NCBI GenBank assembly: GCA_965208325.1
Contig: OZ242326.1
Coordinates: 3,072,001 to 3,136,000 of the forward strand
Length of the DNA stretch: 64,000 nt
Origin: Candidatus Poribacteria bacterium
Lineage (GTDB): Bacteria; Poribacteria; WGA-4E; PCPOR2b
Reading direction: 5' to 3'
Shown: positions 20,301 to 30,238 of the stretch, one piece after another
Layout of the letters: each line of letters opens with the position of its first letter
Numbering within the stretch: the stretch's first letter is position 1
Position numbers and translations under genes: made by a program
The notes under the pieces: generated by a model
Seen by the model: only the letters and a program-made list of their open reading frames with translations
The model's database searches: none
Told to the model about the DNA's origin: nothing

Positions 20301-23300
20301 TCTGCCGTCTCAGTTACAACGTTTCCCTGCTGAGTGACAACACCCTGTTGCCATTGGTTTCCTACGAGCTCGATTGAAGCCCACTCAAAAGCCCCATTAA
20401 CAGTGCCGGGGCGGTTCTTCCGCAGCCAAAAACGCAGGTGTTGCACAAACCCCAAGTTTGGGAGACGGCTACCCGCAGACGCCGCTTCCCGCAGCGGAAT
20501 GCTCAGGAATGTCCAACCGCTCTGGTTACGTTTCTTGACCCACTCCTCCGGAATATCGTTCAAGGGGATGGCAATCTCAAGGTAGGCGTCGATTGTGTCC
20601 AGAACCCCGTCGCCGTTCAAATCTTCAGTATCGAACTCTTTATTGTCCGCGCCAACCCGCCTCGGCTGGAGAGTAGCATTGTAATCCCATCCTTCATCTT
20701 CGCCGGTATCTAGCGACCCATTCGCACTGAATTTCTGAGAAGGGGGTAAATTTTCCAAATCTAGGTCAAGCGTATCAACTTTCCCGTCCCCGTTAGTATC
20801 TTCCAGACTCTTCGGAAGGTCTTCGGAATCAAGTCGGTTGTCAAAATCGCTGTCCTCGCTGACAACACCGAGATCGAGATATAACGTAACATCATCATCG
20901 CCGCGCACACGCAACCAAATTTCTAACGCCTCTCGATCGGAAAAATCAGCCCCAGAAGCTGATAGTCCATAAGAAAATCCACCCCATTCTTCAATGACAT
21001 CCGTAAAATCATACCCGACCTCCATCACAAGACGCTGCTCCGTCGATAGTGCGAAAGGGTTAATGGAGGATGCCGGTACGTCACGGTTCCGCATGTAATT
21101 GCCGACAGCCTTGGAATCGTCTTTATCTCTTAGCAGGACGCGAAAGAGCGCGCGATTCTCCGGTGTCAATTCCTCTATGAAGGGCGGACTGCAAACCCGC
21201 CAACTATGCTTAAACGTAGACACGCTTGTCGCCTCTCTCGCGCCTTCCATGCTATCAATTAACGCGACTCCTACGCTGTTGGGGTTGTTATGGGAGAATG
21301 CTGTCTCGCCGCTGAAATCAATCGACAGTGGAAAGTGCTTCACGGTAACAAAAGGCATTGGATTGAACAGCCATGCAAGGTTGAAGCTACGCCCGAAGCT
21401 CGTATTGACGTTGAAAGCTTGCAGACGATTCGGCGCATCGTTCACATCAGGAATACGGCTCGGCTTCTGCCCTGTATTCAGAATATAGCCCGTTGACAGG
21501 CTAAATCCCTTTCGGAATACCGGGTTAAAATACGAACTTGCGCCCGTGTAAAGCCGCCGCCGGGAACGTCCGCCCAAGCTTGAGTAATCGCTGCCAAATC
21601 CGCCTCCAAAACCGCCGCGACCGAATTGATTGCCAAAACCGCCAAAGGAGGTTCCCTTCCCAAAGCTATTGCTCTCTTCGCGTCTATCAAGACCGCCGCC
21701 TAACCGGTCAAATCGATTAGATTGATCTTCCTCGGCGGGCGTCTTCGACTTGGGAACGTAAGCGTATTCCAACCATACGCCAGCGACGGTTTGCTGCAAC
21801 GCGCTGCCGAAAGGCGTGCGCTCAAATTCAACCTCGATCTCGTCATATTCATCAAGCTTGGTAAAGAAGCGCAGGCTCCCCACCTCATAAATCATTGTGT
21901 AATCAATATCACGCTGTAGCAGCCGATTGTTAAGGCGCACCTTTTCGCTGCCGGGAATCACAAAGAGACCCACGTTGTAAGTTTCGGATTGGTAGGCGTA
22001 GTCGCACACTATTGTGTACACCTGATCACTGGGACGCGGGTTTTCGAGGTAAATCAGTTCGTTGTTCAGTTGCTCACGGAACGGGTAGTACGGGCTTGCC
22101 GGTTCTTCGATTACAAACGGCCGCAAGCTGGGAAAGATTAGAAGGCCGCGGTCAAAATCAATAAACTCCGGATCTACAACACCATCCCCGTTCCTGTCTA
22201 GTCCAAAGATTTGAATATAAGGAGTCGGTCCGTCAGGTGTATCGAACGCTTCACTGCCGCCCTGCTGCCAGATTGCAATCTGATAATCGCGAGGGTTGAT
22301 ATTTCGGTTGCCGAGGCTGTACACACGGCGCGCTTCAGTGCCGCGCAAACTTTTTTCTTTGAGGACGACGTAACCAACTTCTTCGCCCTCTTCATCAATC
22401 GAACCATCGCCGTTTTCATCTTCAAAGACATTACCCGGTTTCCCTACAACGCCTCCGCCATCCCCTAGATACTCATAGGCAACGACAATTCGGTAACTTG
22501 GTGAAATTTGCGTTAGGAATTCAATCTCTCCAGTTTCATAATCGATGTTATAGTCCTGGCCCGGGAATTGGAGGTTGAAATATCCCTGCACCGTCCGCTG
22601 GCCGCCTTGATTGTTGCCCGCAACGTTATCATCAATGTAAATTTCTTCGCTCCCTTTTTTTATTGGAGGATAGGAGCCGTGGAGGAGGCCGTCTTCTCCC
22701 AGTGAGATTGAGTAGAAACGCTCTTTTACGTAGTTTGCATCCGGAATCTGAACGCCTCCGCCATACCCCGAACCCGCACGCCTTGATTGTCCGCTGAAGC
22801 GGCGTGTCTCGGATATGCCTTTGCTGCGTGAACCAAACGCCGTCATTTTGACATCACCCAACGCCGCCACAGCTTCGAGCCCGAATAAATTCCGGTTGAC
22901 GTTCAGGAAACGAGTGTTTGGCAAATTCAGCGTAATATCGCCGAAAGAGAGTGTTTTGAGGATGCTGTCGTGTCCGCCCTCGTACCACACGCGAATTTTC
23001 TGTTCCTTTGCACCGCCGAATCCGCCGCTGTAGCCTCCATAGCCGCCATAACCGCCACCGAATGCATCACCGGAATCGCTATAATCAACCTCGACGTGTG
23101 TATGTTCCCCGACTCGACCGTGCAGGCCGACTTGAAGGGTTTGTCGGATAGTCGGTCCGGAGGCGCGGGGTACACCCCCAAAACGGGTCGTTCCAAAACC
23201 CCCGCCGAACCCACTGCCGTAACCGCCGCCGTAGCCGGTACTCCCATAGCCTCCGCCGAACCCACCCCCGAAATCGTCATAGCTGTCGTAGCCGTAAGAA

Positions 23301-23956
23301 GAGGTCAGTCCGAGATCCAGCCCAGAACCGAAACCGCCCTGGTACCCGCCCCCGAAGCGGTTAATGTCGCCCTGGCCGAAGTAGTGCGTATGATTCATTT
23401 CAACAGTTACCGATTTGTGTCCTGTAATCTGCAAAGTAGAATTCAGAGGCAGTACCAACCCTTTCTCTTCCTTTCCTGGCTCGTCATCGCGCAGTCGGTA
23501 CAAATCTCGAGGTTTAATCGCGAAGGGAGAATCCTTCCACCGCCGCAGCGCTTCAAGGTATGGCGTCACCATCTCTAGGGACGGATCTTCTTCCGGTGTG
23601 GACTCGAGTCCTGTATCCACTTTCCATGGATCGGCCCATTTTTTGCGCGGGGTTTTATGCTTTCTGAAAAAATCGAGAGCGGGCGCCTTACTTTCCGAAG
23701 ATGATTCAAATTTCTGCTTCACCGACTCATCAGAATCCTCTTCTACAAAGGTCTGTGAAGTGCCCTCAGATGCCTCCGCTCTGTCCTTTGGCGGCACCGT
23801 TCGGAGTTCCAAATAGCGATGGGTTAAGGCAGCATCTTTGCGGACAGGTTCCGCCTGGACGCGGGTGATAGAAGAGATAATTAAAATCACTCCGGAAGCG
23901 ATAAGCGTGAAGCGCGGAACGGAACGTACCGTGATGGGATTTGTTTTAGACTTCAT
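17390..23956 (-). CDS. SprA/Sov-like very large outer-membrane protein
   Basis: 2188 aa; FGDITLNLP...LFG, GSEKVRLNNRLLQRDIDY, DSMEGA, DLGVVSED, DTEDLNGDG, GEVWVNEIHL; C-terminal beta-strands ending GEFQ. Confidence 0.72.
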   Translation of the reverse strand: MKSKTNPITVRSVPRFTLIASGVILIISSITRVQAEPVRKDAALTHRYLELRTVPPKDRAEASEGTSQTFVEEDSDESVKQKFESSSESKAPALDFFRKHKTPRKKWADPWKVDTGLESTPEEDPSLEMVTPYLEALRRWKDSPFAIKPRDLYRLRDDEPGKEEKGLVLPLNSTLQITGHKSVTVEMNHTHYFGQGDINRFGGGYQGGFGSGLDLGLTSSYGYDSYDDFGGGFGGGYGSTGYGGGYGSGFGGGFGTTRFGGVPRASGPTIRQTLQVGLHGRVGEHTHVEVDYSDSGDAFGGGYGGYGGYSGGFGGAKEQKIRVWYEGGHDSILKTLSFGDITLNLPNTRFLNVNRNLFGLEAVAALGDVKMTAFGSRSKGISETRRFSGQSRRAGSGYGGGVQIPDANYVKERFYSISLGEDGLLHGSYPPIKKGSEEIYIDDNVAGNNQGGQRTVQGYFNLQFPGQDYNIDYETGEIEFLTQISPSYRIVVAYEYLGDGGGVVGKPGNVFEDENGDGSIDEEGEEVGYVVLKEKSLRGTEARRVYSLGNRNINPRDYQIAIWQQGGSEAFDTPDGPTPYIQIFGLDRNGDGVVDPEFIDFDRGLLIFPSLRPFVIEEPASPYYPFREQLNNELIYLENPRPSDQVYTIVCDYAYQSETYNVGLFVIPGSEKVRLNNRLLQRDIDYTMIYEVGSLRFFTKLDEYDEIEVEFERTPFGSALQQTVAGVWLEYAYVPKSKTPAEEDQSNRFDRLGGGLDRREESNSFGKGTSFGGFGNQFGRGGFGGGFGSDYSSLGGRSRRRLYTGASSYFNPVFRKGFSLSTGYILNTGQKPSRIPDVNDAPNRLQAFNVNTSFGRSFNLAWLFNPMPFVTVKHFPLSIDFSGETAFSHNNPNSVGVALIDSMEGAREATSVSTFKHSWRVCSPPFIEELTPENRALFRVLLRDKDDSKAVGNYMRNRDVPASSINPFALSTEQRLVMEVGYDFTDVIEEWGGFSYGLSASGADFSDREALEIWLRVRGDDDVTLYLDLGVVSEDSDFDNRLDSEDLPKSLEDTNGDGKVDTLDLDLENLPPSQKFSANGSLDTGEDEGWDYNATLQPRRVGADNKEFDTEDLNGDGVLDTIDAYLEIAIPLNDIPEEWVKKRNQSGWTFLSIPLREAASAGSRLPNLGFVQHLRFWLRKNRPGTVNGAFEWASIELVGNQWQQGVVTQQGNVVTETAEVFTVATKDNYNFDDYQDAYDQIKDNKAFKKLHPFVSSSVFGFQQEQREQTLTLTYNLLPGSFGVTSQKLRGLRQGEGQDFSKHDKLKLWIYGDKSYSTFVMRLAPSIRTNYRSSFYSSGSFDEPSREPEEGVNIFENLNDFYEYTRVIDFEGWELIEIDLEDVKRNEYPDLNLPAAQEEESLDTIEGEMNEPVDTNETDGHPDGFAVRGTNSTQLSIKSIGGILVGIRNDTEYEVGGEVWVNEIHLSDPLVRSGWARRANMSIELGPFLSVRGGFARQDKDFESSSGQTGRQRRQDLGFSTTSNDYNVDADLHLFRWLPITYSIREQESETESRRGSFSTFQSGKSRTHNRDLSARFSPHRFVPALGFAYNRQNFWNERQGTEVSNLYTSTFRYGLGQIFGLDVQYRHEDVEVDPLTATESGGSSFSSFGYGYGRNRDEKVDSGSISINISPVASFSLNPTYEVSRTLERRDDNLNRSSGFGSASFGTPFQTTPVTTDLTVTDEPESTETKSEFTIGGREHRLSLNPRLNRDFFGVRPTISNRISFREDWFRDQKNARINANIRFGLSMRPRVWFGWLFREPNTDTIGDGIDRPNREGSSERIGSAIDFHGSKQTEKAIDLKDKSQETLDSFEEEIQLEEKRQRELDRLERMDVDMDMLEEAESQRGDWISRDKAELERKLKERQGKQGDGQFGLLRRSMESLALNADVSFDTQDSLQRLAPGTSIRDILELPADTPERSQSRQRNRYGFRTSVDPWSWVSLGTNVSRSKGFTKSLSTSSDNLTVSYEGNLKLFNANSSFQLRYRHTQRDQSNINTTINESVSQEPSVSWSQSLGASTRGALGVRMTMRDQVRGGGIDSSALIITPNLSIDYKLRLEGGLPIPILGRIPLKHDLDLTNTLSTVIRRENYGKNREERSERYETTLRTRYNLSTRLTANLNLGLSYNNDHVEEGRDFLSIASSVTVRGEFQ

Positions 23957-24244
23957 AGAATCTGGGAATGGAACACGTCGTTAGTTTGTAACCACGGTTC
24001 TAAATGAATTGATAACGATAAGGCTAGGGATTAAACGGGAAAACGAAAAGGCTAGTTTACCGCGGGAATGGAAGATTGGGAGGTGAGTGAGGCAATCTTG
24101 CCCTTCTTGATGCCTTTAAGCGAATATGGTAGAATCCTCAGGTGGTTTTTGTGTACAGAATCCGAATCAAGACTAAAGAAAATACATAATCAAGCGAACC
24201 ATTCCCTCTTGAGATCCGCCTAATAACGTGAAGAGATTTTAACA

Positions 24245-25918
24245 ATGAGTCGAATCCCAGACAGAGAACTGATTAAACGGAGTATTGATGGTGACAGCCA
24301 AGCTTTCTCGATCCTGATAAAACGCATTGAGACGCCGCTGGTGAAACTTGTCAAATCCAAAATCCCTGACACTGCATCTGCCGAGGACATTTTACAAGAA
24401 GTTCTTTTGGATGTGTGGCAAGGTTTAAAGGGACTTCGGGACCCGGACAGGTGGGCTGCATGGGTCATGCAGATTGCTCGGAACCGATGCCATGATTTCT
24501 TCCGGTTAGCTCAGCGTCGAGAAGCGCCCATGGCGAATAGCGATCTTGAACCCATCCTCAATAGACGAAGCCAACACGGCAGCTTTCAGGCTGATCTGCT
24601 TGATACTGTGCTCCAAACCCTGTCCCATGCGCCGCCGGATCATGTCGAAGCCGCTCACCTATTCTATCTCGAAGGTTTAACCATAAGACAAATTGCAGTG
24701 CAGTTGGGAAAGCCGGAAGGAACAATCAAGCGATGGCTTTCACACACCCGTAGTTTTGTTAGGAATCGCCTCGGATTGAGGCAGATGAGAATCGAAAGGA
24801 GGAAGACCATGACTTCCGCTAGCCCTTTAACCGGCAACTACCCTCAACAGAACACCCTCTGTTTACCGCCCGGCGCCGTCGCCCGGTTCGGCAAATACGG
24901 AAAGGATCAACCAGTTCAACACTCTCAAGAGATTAACCGTTGGATTGCCGCTTTTTCACGCAATGGGAAACACCTCGCCGGTCTCGACACAGACTACTCC
25001 CTGACGCTGTGGGATATTGAAAACGGGAAAAAAATCCGGACATTCGAGCAGGTGACAGGGCATAGTTTGCATGTTAATTTATGCCGAGGGGAAACTGTAA
25101 CCTGCTCATCCGATGGGCGCTTTCTGGTTATCAGTTTTTTTACAACCGGCGGGCAAGAAACAGTCAGATTGTGGAATGAGGGGGCTATCGCGGACTTCAC
25201 GCCGGAACAACCTGTATTTGCTGCGGCGGTATCACCGGATGGCCAACACATGGCAACTGGCGGCTGGGATAGAACAGTCACACTCTGGAATGTGGAAACC
25301 CAAACTGTCTATCGATCTCTGACAGGTCATACCGGCGAAATCTATGTGCTTGCGTTTTCGCCCGATGGAAAATTTCTAGTAAGTGGAGGAGCGGACAATT
25401 GGATAGAACATCCAGAGAGTGTAACTAGAAACACAGACGGTGAACTTGTGTTTATAATGAAAGAGGGTAAATCTCATTTTTTTACCCCTGATGAGAACCA
25501 TATTGACAAAACCGCCCGAGTTTGGGAGGTCGCCACGGGCAAAAATATTGCCACGCTCGAAAACCCGTCCCAGGTTAGAGCGGTTGCGTTTTCACCTGAT
25601 GGACATCACGTCGCAGCCGCTTCAAATGAACATGTTAATCTATGGCATACAGGGACATGGCAAAATATAGCGGCTCTCGATGTCAGAAAGGTTTCGTATA
25701 TTGCGTTTTCGCCGGACGGCTCCCGCCTCGCCACCGGCGGAACTTTGCCGGAGCAAACCATTAGGCTGTGGGATGTAGAATCTGGGAACCTCGTTGCTGA
25801 ATTTTCAGGACATAATAGCCAAGTTGAATCGCTCGCCTTTTCCCCCGATGGCCGTCTGCTTGCAAGCGGCAGTTTTGACCGCTCTATCTTGCTGTGGGAT
25901 GTCACACCGTACTCCTAA
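24245..25918 (+). CDS. ECF sigma factor fused to a WD40 beta-propeller
   Basis: AEDILQEV..W...IARN (sigma2), LTIRQIAVQLGKPEGTIKRWL (sigma4); GH....LAFSPDG...SG..D..LWD repeats. Confidence 0.9.
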   Translation: MSRIPDRELIKRSIDGDSQAFSILIKRIETPLVKLVKSKIPDTASAEDILQEVLLDVWQGLKGLRDPDRWAAWVMQIARNRCHDFFRLAQRREAPMANSDLEPILNRRSQHGSFQADLLDTVLQTLSHAPPDHVEAAHLFYLEGLTIRQIAVQLGKPEGTIKRWLSHTRSFVRNRLGLRQMRIERRKTMTSASPLTGNYPQQNTLCLPPGAVARFGKYGKDQPVQHSQEINRWIAAFSRNGKHLAGLDTDYSLTLWDIENGKKIRTFEQVTGHSLHVNLCRGETVTCSSDGRFLVISFFTTGGQETVRLWNEGAIADFTPEQPVFAAAVSPDGQHMATGGWDRTVTLWNVETQTVYRSLTGHTGEIYVLAFSPDGKFLVSGGADNWIEHPESVTRNTDGELVFIMKEGKSHFFTPDENHIDKTARVWEVATGKNIATLENPSQVRAVAFSPDGHHVAAASNEHVNLWHTGTWQNIAALDVRKVSYIAFSPDGSRLATGGTLPEQTIRLWDVESGNLVAEFSGHNSQVESLAFSPDGRLLASGSFDRSILLWDVTPYS

Positions 25919-26017
25919 CATGGACAACTTCACGCCTGCCCGGAGTCCAGCCGAGATATGACAATTGGGCACACCCGCTTTTTGGAAAACTGTTTTGCAC
26001 GGAAAATCAACCTCATA

Positions 26018-27238
26018 ATGAGTTGTATCTCAGACAGAGAACTGATTAAACAGAGTATTGACGGTGACAGCCAAGCTTTCTCGATCCTGATAAAACGCGT
26101 TGAAGCGCCGCCGAATTATGCCGAAGCCGCTCACCTATTCTATCTCGAAGGCTTGACCATCAGACAAATTGCGGTACGGTTGGGGAAGCCGGAAGGAACC
26201 ATCAAGCGATGGCTTTCCCACACCCGTAGTTTTGTTAGGAGCCGCCTAGGATTGAGGCAGATTAGAACCGAAAGGAGGAAGATTATGACTTCCGATGCGC
26301 ACGAATCCGAATATTACCAACGTCGAGCGCTACGCGATATCGCCGCCTGCCGCGAAGACGGGGCAGCGTCGCTCAACCTGAAAAATCCCGTTGGGTCAAA
26401 AGAACTCCCCAGTGAGGTGTGGACACTGACTCAGTTGAAAGATCTCTCGCTGTGGTGGAACAATCTTGAGAGCATCTCAGAGGAAATCGGAAGATTGAAG
26501 CACCTGGAAAGTCTTTATGTAGAGAGTGACCAACTCAAACAGTTGCCAAACCAGATTGTTTCCCTGTCACGCTTGAGGCATCTGGAAGTTATTGGCGGCC
26601 AAATGACTGAATTGCCGGCGGACTTCTGCCGTCTTAGTGCATTACGGACGGTTATTTTCCAGCGCACGCAACTCCAGGAATTGCCCGCCAGCTTTGGGGA
26701 TTTAAACCGCCTTGAAGTCGCTGAGATGGACAATAACCAGTTTAGTAAGTTACCGGACGAATTGAGCGGATTGACCAATCTCCGCGTGTTAACGCTGCAA
26801 AGCCACCAGCTTTCGGTGTTACCCAAAACATTAGGTCAGCTCTCCGCTATGGAAGAACTGTATCTTGACTACAACCACTTAGATAGCTTACCCGAGGAAA
26901 TTTGTAATCTTCGAAACCTTGAGACGCTAGCCATAGCGAATAACCAAATTCACTCGCTGCCGCCGTGCATAGGCAATTTTTCCAAGCTACAGTATCTTTT
27001 CGTAGAGTCAAATCAGCTCGCGAATATTCCACGAGAAATTGGGCAACTTACCGAATTACGGGAGTTGGCGTTGAGTAACAATCAGTTAACTTCCTTACCT
27101 AAAGCGCTTGCAGACCTCCCAAACTTGCAAATTTTAAAACTCCACGACAATCCCCTGCCTGACCGGTTGATTCAGGCAGCGGAAAACGGAATTGATGAGT
27201 TTCGTCGGGCGGTCGCGGAGGTCACCTGTCAAGTTTAA
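26018..27238 (+). CDS. Truncated ECF sigma (sigma4 only) fused to a leucine-rich repeat domain; alternative start at 26285
   Basis: N-terminal region is a near copy of 24245-24815 lacking 297 bp; then LxxLxLxxNxLxxLPxxI repeats. Confidence 0.85.
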   Translation: MSCISDRELIKQSIDGDSQAFSILIKRVEAPPNYAEAAHLFYLEGLTIRQIAVRLGKPEGTIKRWLSHTRSFVRSRLGLRQIRTERRKIMTSDAHESEYYQRRALRDIAACREDGAASLNLKNPVGSKELPSEVWTLTQLKDLSLWWNNLESISEEIGRLKHLESLYVESDQLKQLPNQIVSLSRLRHLEVIGGQMTELPADFCRLSALRTVIFQRTQLQELPASFGDLNRLEVAEMDNNQFSKLPDELSGLTNLRVLTLQSHQLSVLPKTLGQLSAMEELYLDYNHLDSLPEEICNLRNLETLAIANNQIHSLPPCIGNFSKLQYLFVESNQLANIPREIGQLTELRELALSNNQLTSLPKALADLPNLQILKLHDNPLPDRLIQAAENGIDEFRRAVAEVTCQV

Positions 27239-27392
27239 CTGAATCGTAGAGCAATAAATCAATAAGTTTTCAACTATTCGAATTTGGGAATTCGTGCTAT
27301 AATCTATGAAGTGTGCGTCCTTGTGCAAATGATGTAAGCGGGGAACGAGTATAGTTCGCCGATAATATCTACTGCTAGTGACGGGAGGTTAT

Positions 27393-28358
27393 TTGAAAGC
27401 TGCTCAAATAGTTGCGCCGCGTCAATTTGAAGTCATTGACATAGGCGTACCCGATATTTCCTCGGAACCTAAAGGCGCAGTGCTTATTAAAGCCCGTCTC
27501 AGCGCAGTCTGCGGAACGGATATGCCGTATTTTTCGATGGAACACCCGGCGGCCGATTATCCACTTACGCTGGGGCTGTCCATCCATGAGTGCATCGGAA
27601 CGATTGCTGCAAGTAAATCCGATCGCTTCAAGGAGGGTGACGCTGTGCTTGCGCTTCCGAACGAGATGCGCGGACTCTCAGATTACTTTTTGTCGCATGA
27701 AGATGTCACCGTCCCGCTGCAAAAATTCAATCGCGGCGATTGTATTTTGATGTCACAACCGTTAGGCACCGTCATCTGGGCATGTCGGAAGTTAGGCAAT
27801 TTACTGCATCAGCACGTCGTGATTGTGGGTCAAGGGCCAATGGGTTTGATCATGGCGCATATGTTGAGTAATCTCGGTGCGAAGACGATTATTGCGACAG
27901 ATTTGCTGGATTATCGTCTAGCGGTCTCAAAACAGATGCGCGCCACGCACATAATCAACGCAAGCAAAGAAGACGCGGTTGCCCGTGTTGCCGAGCTGAC
28001 ACATGGCAAGATGGCAGATCTTGTGGTTGAAGCGGTGGGACACCAGACGGAGACAATCAATGACTGCCTAAATCTCGTGAAGCCAGGCGGGACAATCCTT
28101 GCGTTTGGTGTGCCTGATGACGATGTGTACGATTTCCATTTTGGCGGCTTTTTCCACAAAAACGTGCGTTTCATTGCATCGGTTGGACCAGATGTCCAGA
28201 ACGATTTCCCGCTGGCGATGGATATGATCTCGCAAGGACGTATTGATGTGTCGCCAATCATCACTCATAATCTACCGTTCACTGAAGTACAGCGGGCGTT
28301 TGAGTTGTCCCTTTATAAAAAAGATGGCGCAATCAAGATTACCCTTGAATATAATTAA
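27393..28358 (+). CDS. Zinc-binding (MDR) dehydrogenase
   Basis: VCGTD, HEC, GQGPMG, VVEAVG; GGAGG before TTG at 27393; TGCTATAAT extended -10 near 27294. Confidence 0.9.
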   Translation: MKAAQIVAPRQFEVIDIGVPDISSEPKGAVLIKARLSAVCGTDMPYFSMEHPAADYPLTLGLSIHECIGTIAASKSDRFKEGDAVLALPNEMRGLSDYFLSHEDVTVPLQKFNRGDCILMSQPLGTVIWACRKLGNLLHQHVVIVGQGPMGLIMAHMLSNLGAKTIIATDLLDYRLAVSKQMRATHIINASKEDAVARVAELTHGKMADLVVEAVGHQTETINDCLNLVKPGGTILAFGVPDDDVYDFHFGGFFHKNVRFIASVGPDVQNDFPLAMDMISQGRIDVSPIITHNLPFTEVQRAFELSLYKKDGAIKITLEYN

Positions 28359-28511
28359 CCCAACCGATATGCCTGGATGGGAGGAAGAGTCGTGCGGAAG
28401 CAGGAGGATGGAAGAAATTACAACCTGAAAGCGGCCGGAAGAAGAAATAGGCTGATTGCTGAAATTGCATTTTAACCCGCATCATGCAAATCGTCAGGTC
28501 TAAATTTGCGT

Positions 28512-29567
28512 TTATTGTTCCAACGGCAAGTGGACAATCCGCCCTTCGCGGCTGGATTTATAGATGGCAAGGATAATCTCAACTGCTTTTCGCCCCTCGC
28601 GCCCATCAACAAGATGAGGCGTATCGGAATTGATACTGTGGATAAAATCTGACATTTGCCGTCGATGGTTAGCATGCTTAATTTCTCGCGGATCAGCCGC
28701 ACCGCCTCCTCCTGATTGTCTCGCCGCATATTTGCGGCGTATCTCGGCATCTTCCGGCAACTCCGGATGGAACTCCCAAGTTGTAATATCTTCTTCTTCC
28801 AAAATGACCGTGCCGCGGCTGCCGGAAATCTCAATACGTTTCAAGAACCCTGGGTATACAGCGGTTGAACCCTCAATGATTCCCAAGGCGCCGTTTTCAA
28901 AACGTAGAGCAGCAACAGCAACATCCTCGACCTCGATTCGCTCATGCGCCAATGTACTCGTGAATGCCTGTACCGCTTTGACAGGCCCCATGAAGTATTG
29001 GAGGAGATCGATGGCATGAATGGACTGATTCATGAGTGAGCCGCCGCCGTCAAGTTTCCACGTGCCTCGCCATCCGCCGCTGTCGTAATATGCTTGCGAA
29101 CGGTTCCACTTAACGTAAGCGTCGCCCAAAGTAAGTGTCCCGAAACGGCCGGAATGGATTGCCTCCTTTAACAACCGACTCGCTTCGACAAATCTCGAGT
29201 TAAAGATTGCACATAAACGCACCCCGGCTTCGTCACAAGCTTGGATGATTTGATCGCACCGATCCAATGTGATTTCCAACGGCTTTTCAACAATGACATG
29301 TTTGCCGGCTTCCGTAGCCGCGACTGCCGCCTCCAGATGGACACCGCTAGGCGTGCATACACAGACGATGTCGAGGTCATCGCGTTTGAGCATCTCACGG
29401 TAGTCCGAATAGCCGTCCACATGATATCTATCTGCTAACCGCCTAACGTTTTCGGAATGTTGGGAACTGACGGCGGCTAATTGCCCAAGGTCTAGCTCTG
29501 CGATTGCCGCCGCATGGACATCCGCAATCATGCCGCAGCCGATAATTCCGAAACCATAAGTTTTCAT
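28512..29567 (-). CDS. Gfo/Idh/MocA family oxidoreductase
   Basis: GIIGCGMIA, GKHVIVEKP, GGGSLMNQSIHAID. Confidence 0.93.
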   Translation of the reverse strand: MKTYGFGIIGCGMIADVHAAAIAELDLGQLAAVSSQHSENVRRLADRYHVDGYSDYREMLKRDDLDIVCVCTPSGVHLEAAVAATEAGKHVIVEKPLEITLDRCDQIIQACDEAGVRLCAIFNSRFVEASRLLKEAIHSGRFGTLTLGDAYVKWNRSQAYYDSGGWRGTWKLDGGGSLMNQSIHAIDLLQYFMGPVKAVQAFTSTLAHERIEVEDVAVAALRFENGALGIIEGSTAVYPGFLKRIEISGSRGTVILEEEDITTWEFHPELPEDAEIRRKYAARQSGGGGAADPREIKHANHRRQMSDFIHSINSDTPHLVDGREGRKAVEIILAIYKSSREGRIVHLPLEQ

Positions 29568-29662
29568 GTCAATGACCGCCTTGAAGCAAGTAACTCTCAA
29601 GATTTTACGAAAAACTTCATTTCATATAGTAAATTGATTGGAGATGCGCAGGATTAGTCATC

Positions 29663-30238
29663 ATGAAAAAGCTAATCATGGCGTTCTGCCTAATTGTGAC
29701 GATTGGATTCATCTGGATCTGGCACCATCAAATTCAGTTTAACGATCAGTCGCGCAAAGCCTTTTTTCATCTGAAGAGCGGCGAATTTGACCAAGCAATC
29801 AATGCTTATACTATCGCCATCAAGCATAAAAAGCGTACTCTCTTTTTTTCCAAAGCCCCTTCCCTATATAACAACCTCGGTCAAACCTATCTGAGTAAGG
29901 CACAATATGATGAAGCGATCGCAGCTTTCAAGCATGCCCTCGAAATCAAACCGGATTCAGTGGAAGTTTATATCAATCTAGCAACGGCTTACCTGAAGCA
30001 GAATTTGCCTCGCCGAGCACTCGAGGCGTGTCAGCAGGCCATCCGGATTGCCCCTCGCTCTCCCTTCGCCCACTACAACTTGGCTTGTGCTTACGCGCTA
30101 GCCGACGACCCTGCAAAAGCGATTGATTCCCTGAAAAGTGCAATTGAGCTGGACAAACAAATAATAAAGTACGCGCAAGAAGAAAGGGCGTTCGATACGC
30201 TTCGTTCACACCCTCAGTTTCCAAAATCCAATCCCTAG
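29663..30238 (+). CDS. Membrane-anchored TPR protein
   Basis: N-terminal TM; YNNLG, YINLA, HYNLACAYA TPR units. Confidence 0.88.
   Translation: MKKLIMAFCLIVTIGFIWIWHHQIQFNDQSRKAFFHLKSGEFDQAINAYTIAIKHKKRTLFFSKAPSLYNNLGQTYLSKAQYDEAIAAFKHALEIKPDSVEVYINLATAYLKQNLPRRALEACQQAIRIAPRSPFAHYNLACAYALADDPAKAIDSLKSAIELDKQIIKYAQEERAFDTLRSHPQFPKSNP

Noticed and set aside
24245..26290. Duplicated sigma block as a diversity-generating retroelement TR/VR pair
   Set aside because: Differences are not adenine-specific (for example C/T changes) and no reverse transcriptase is present.
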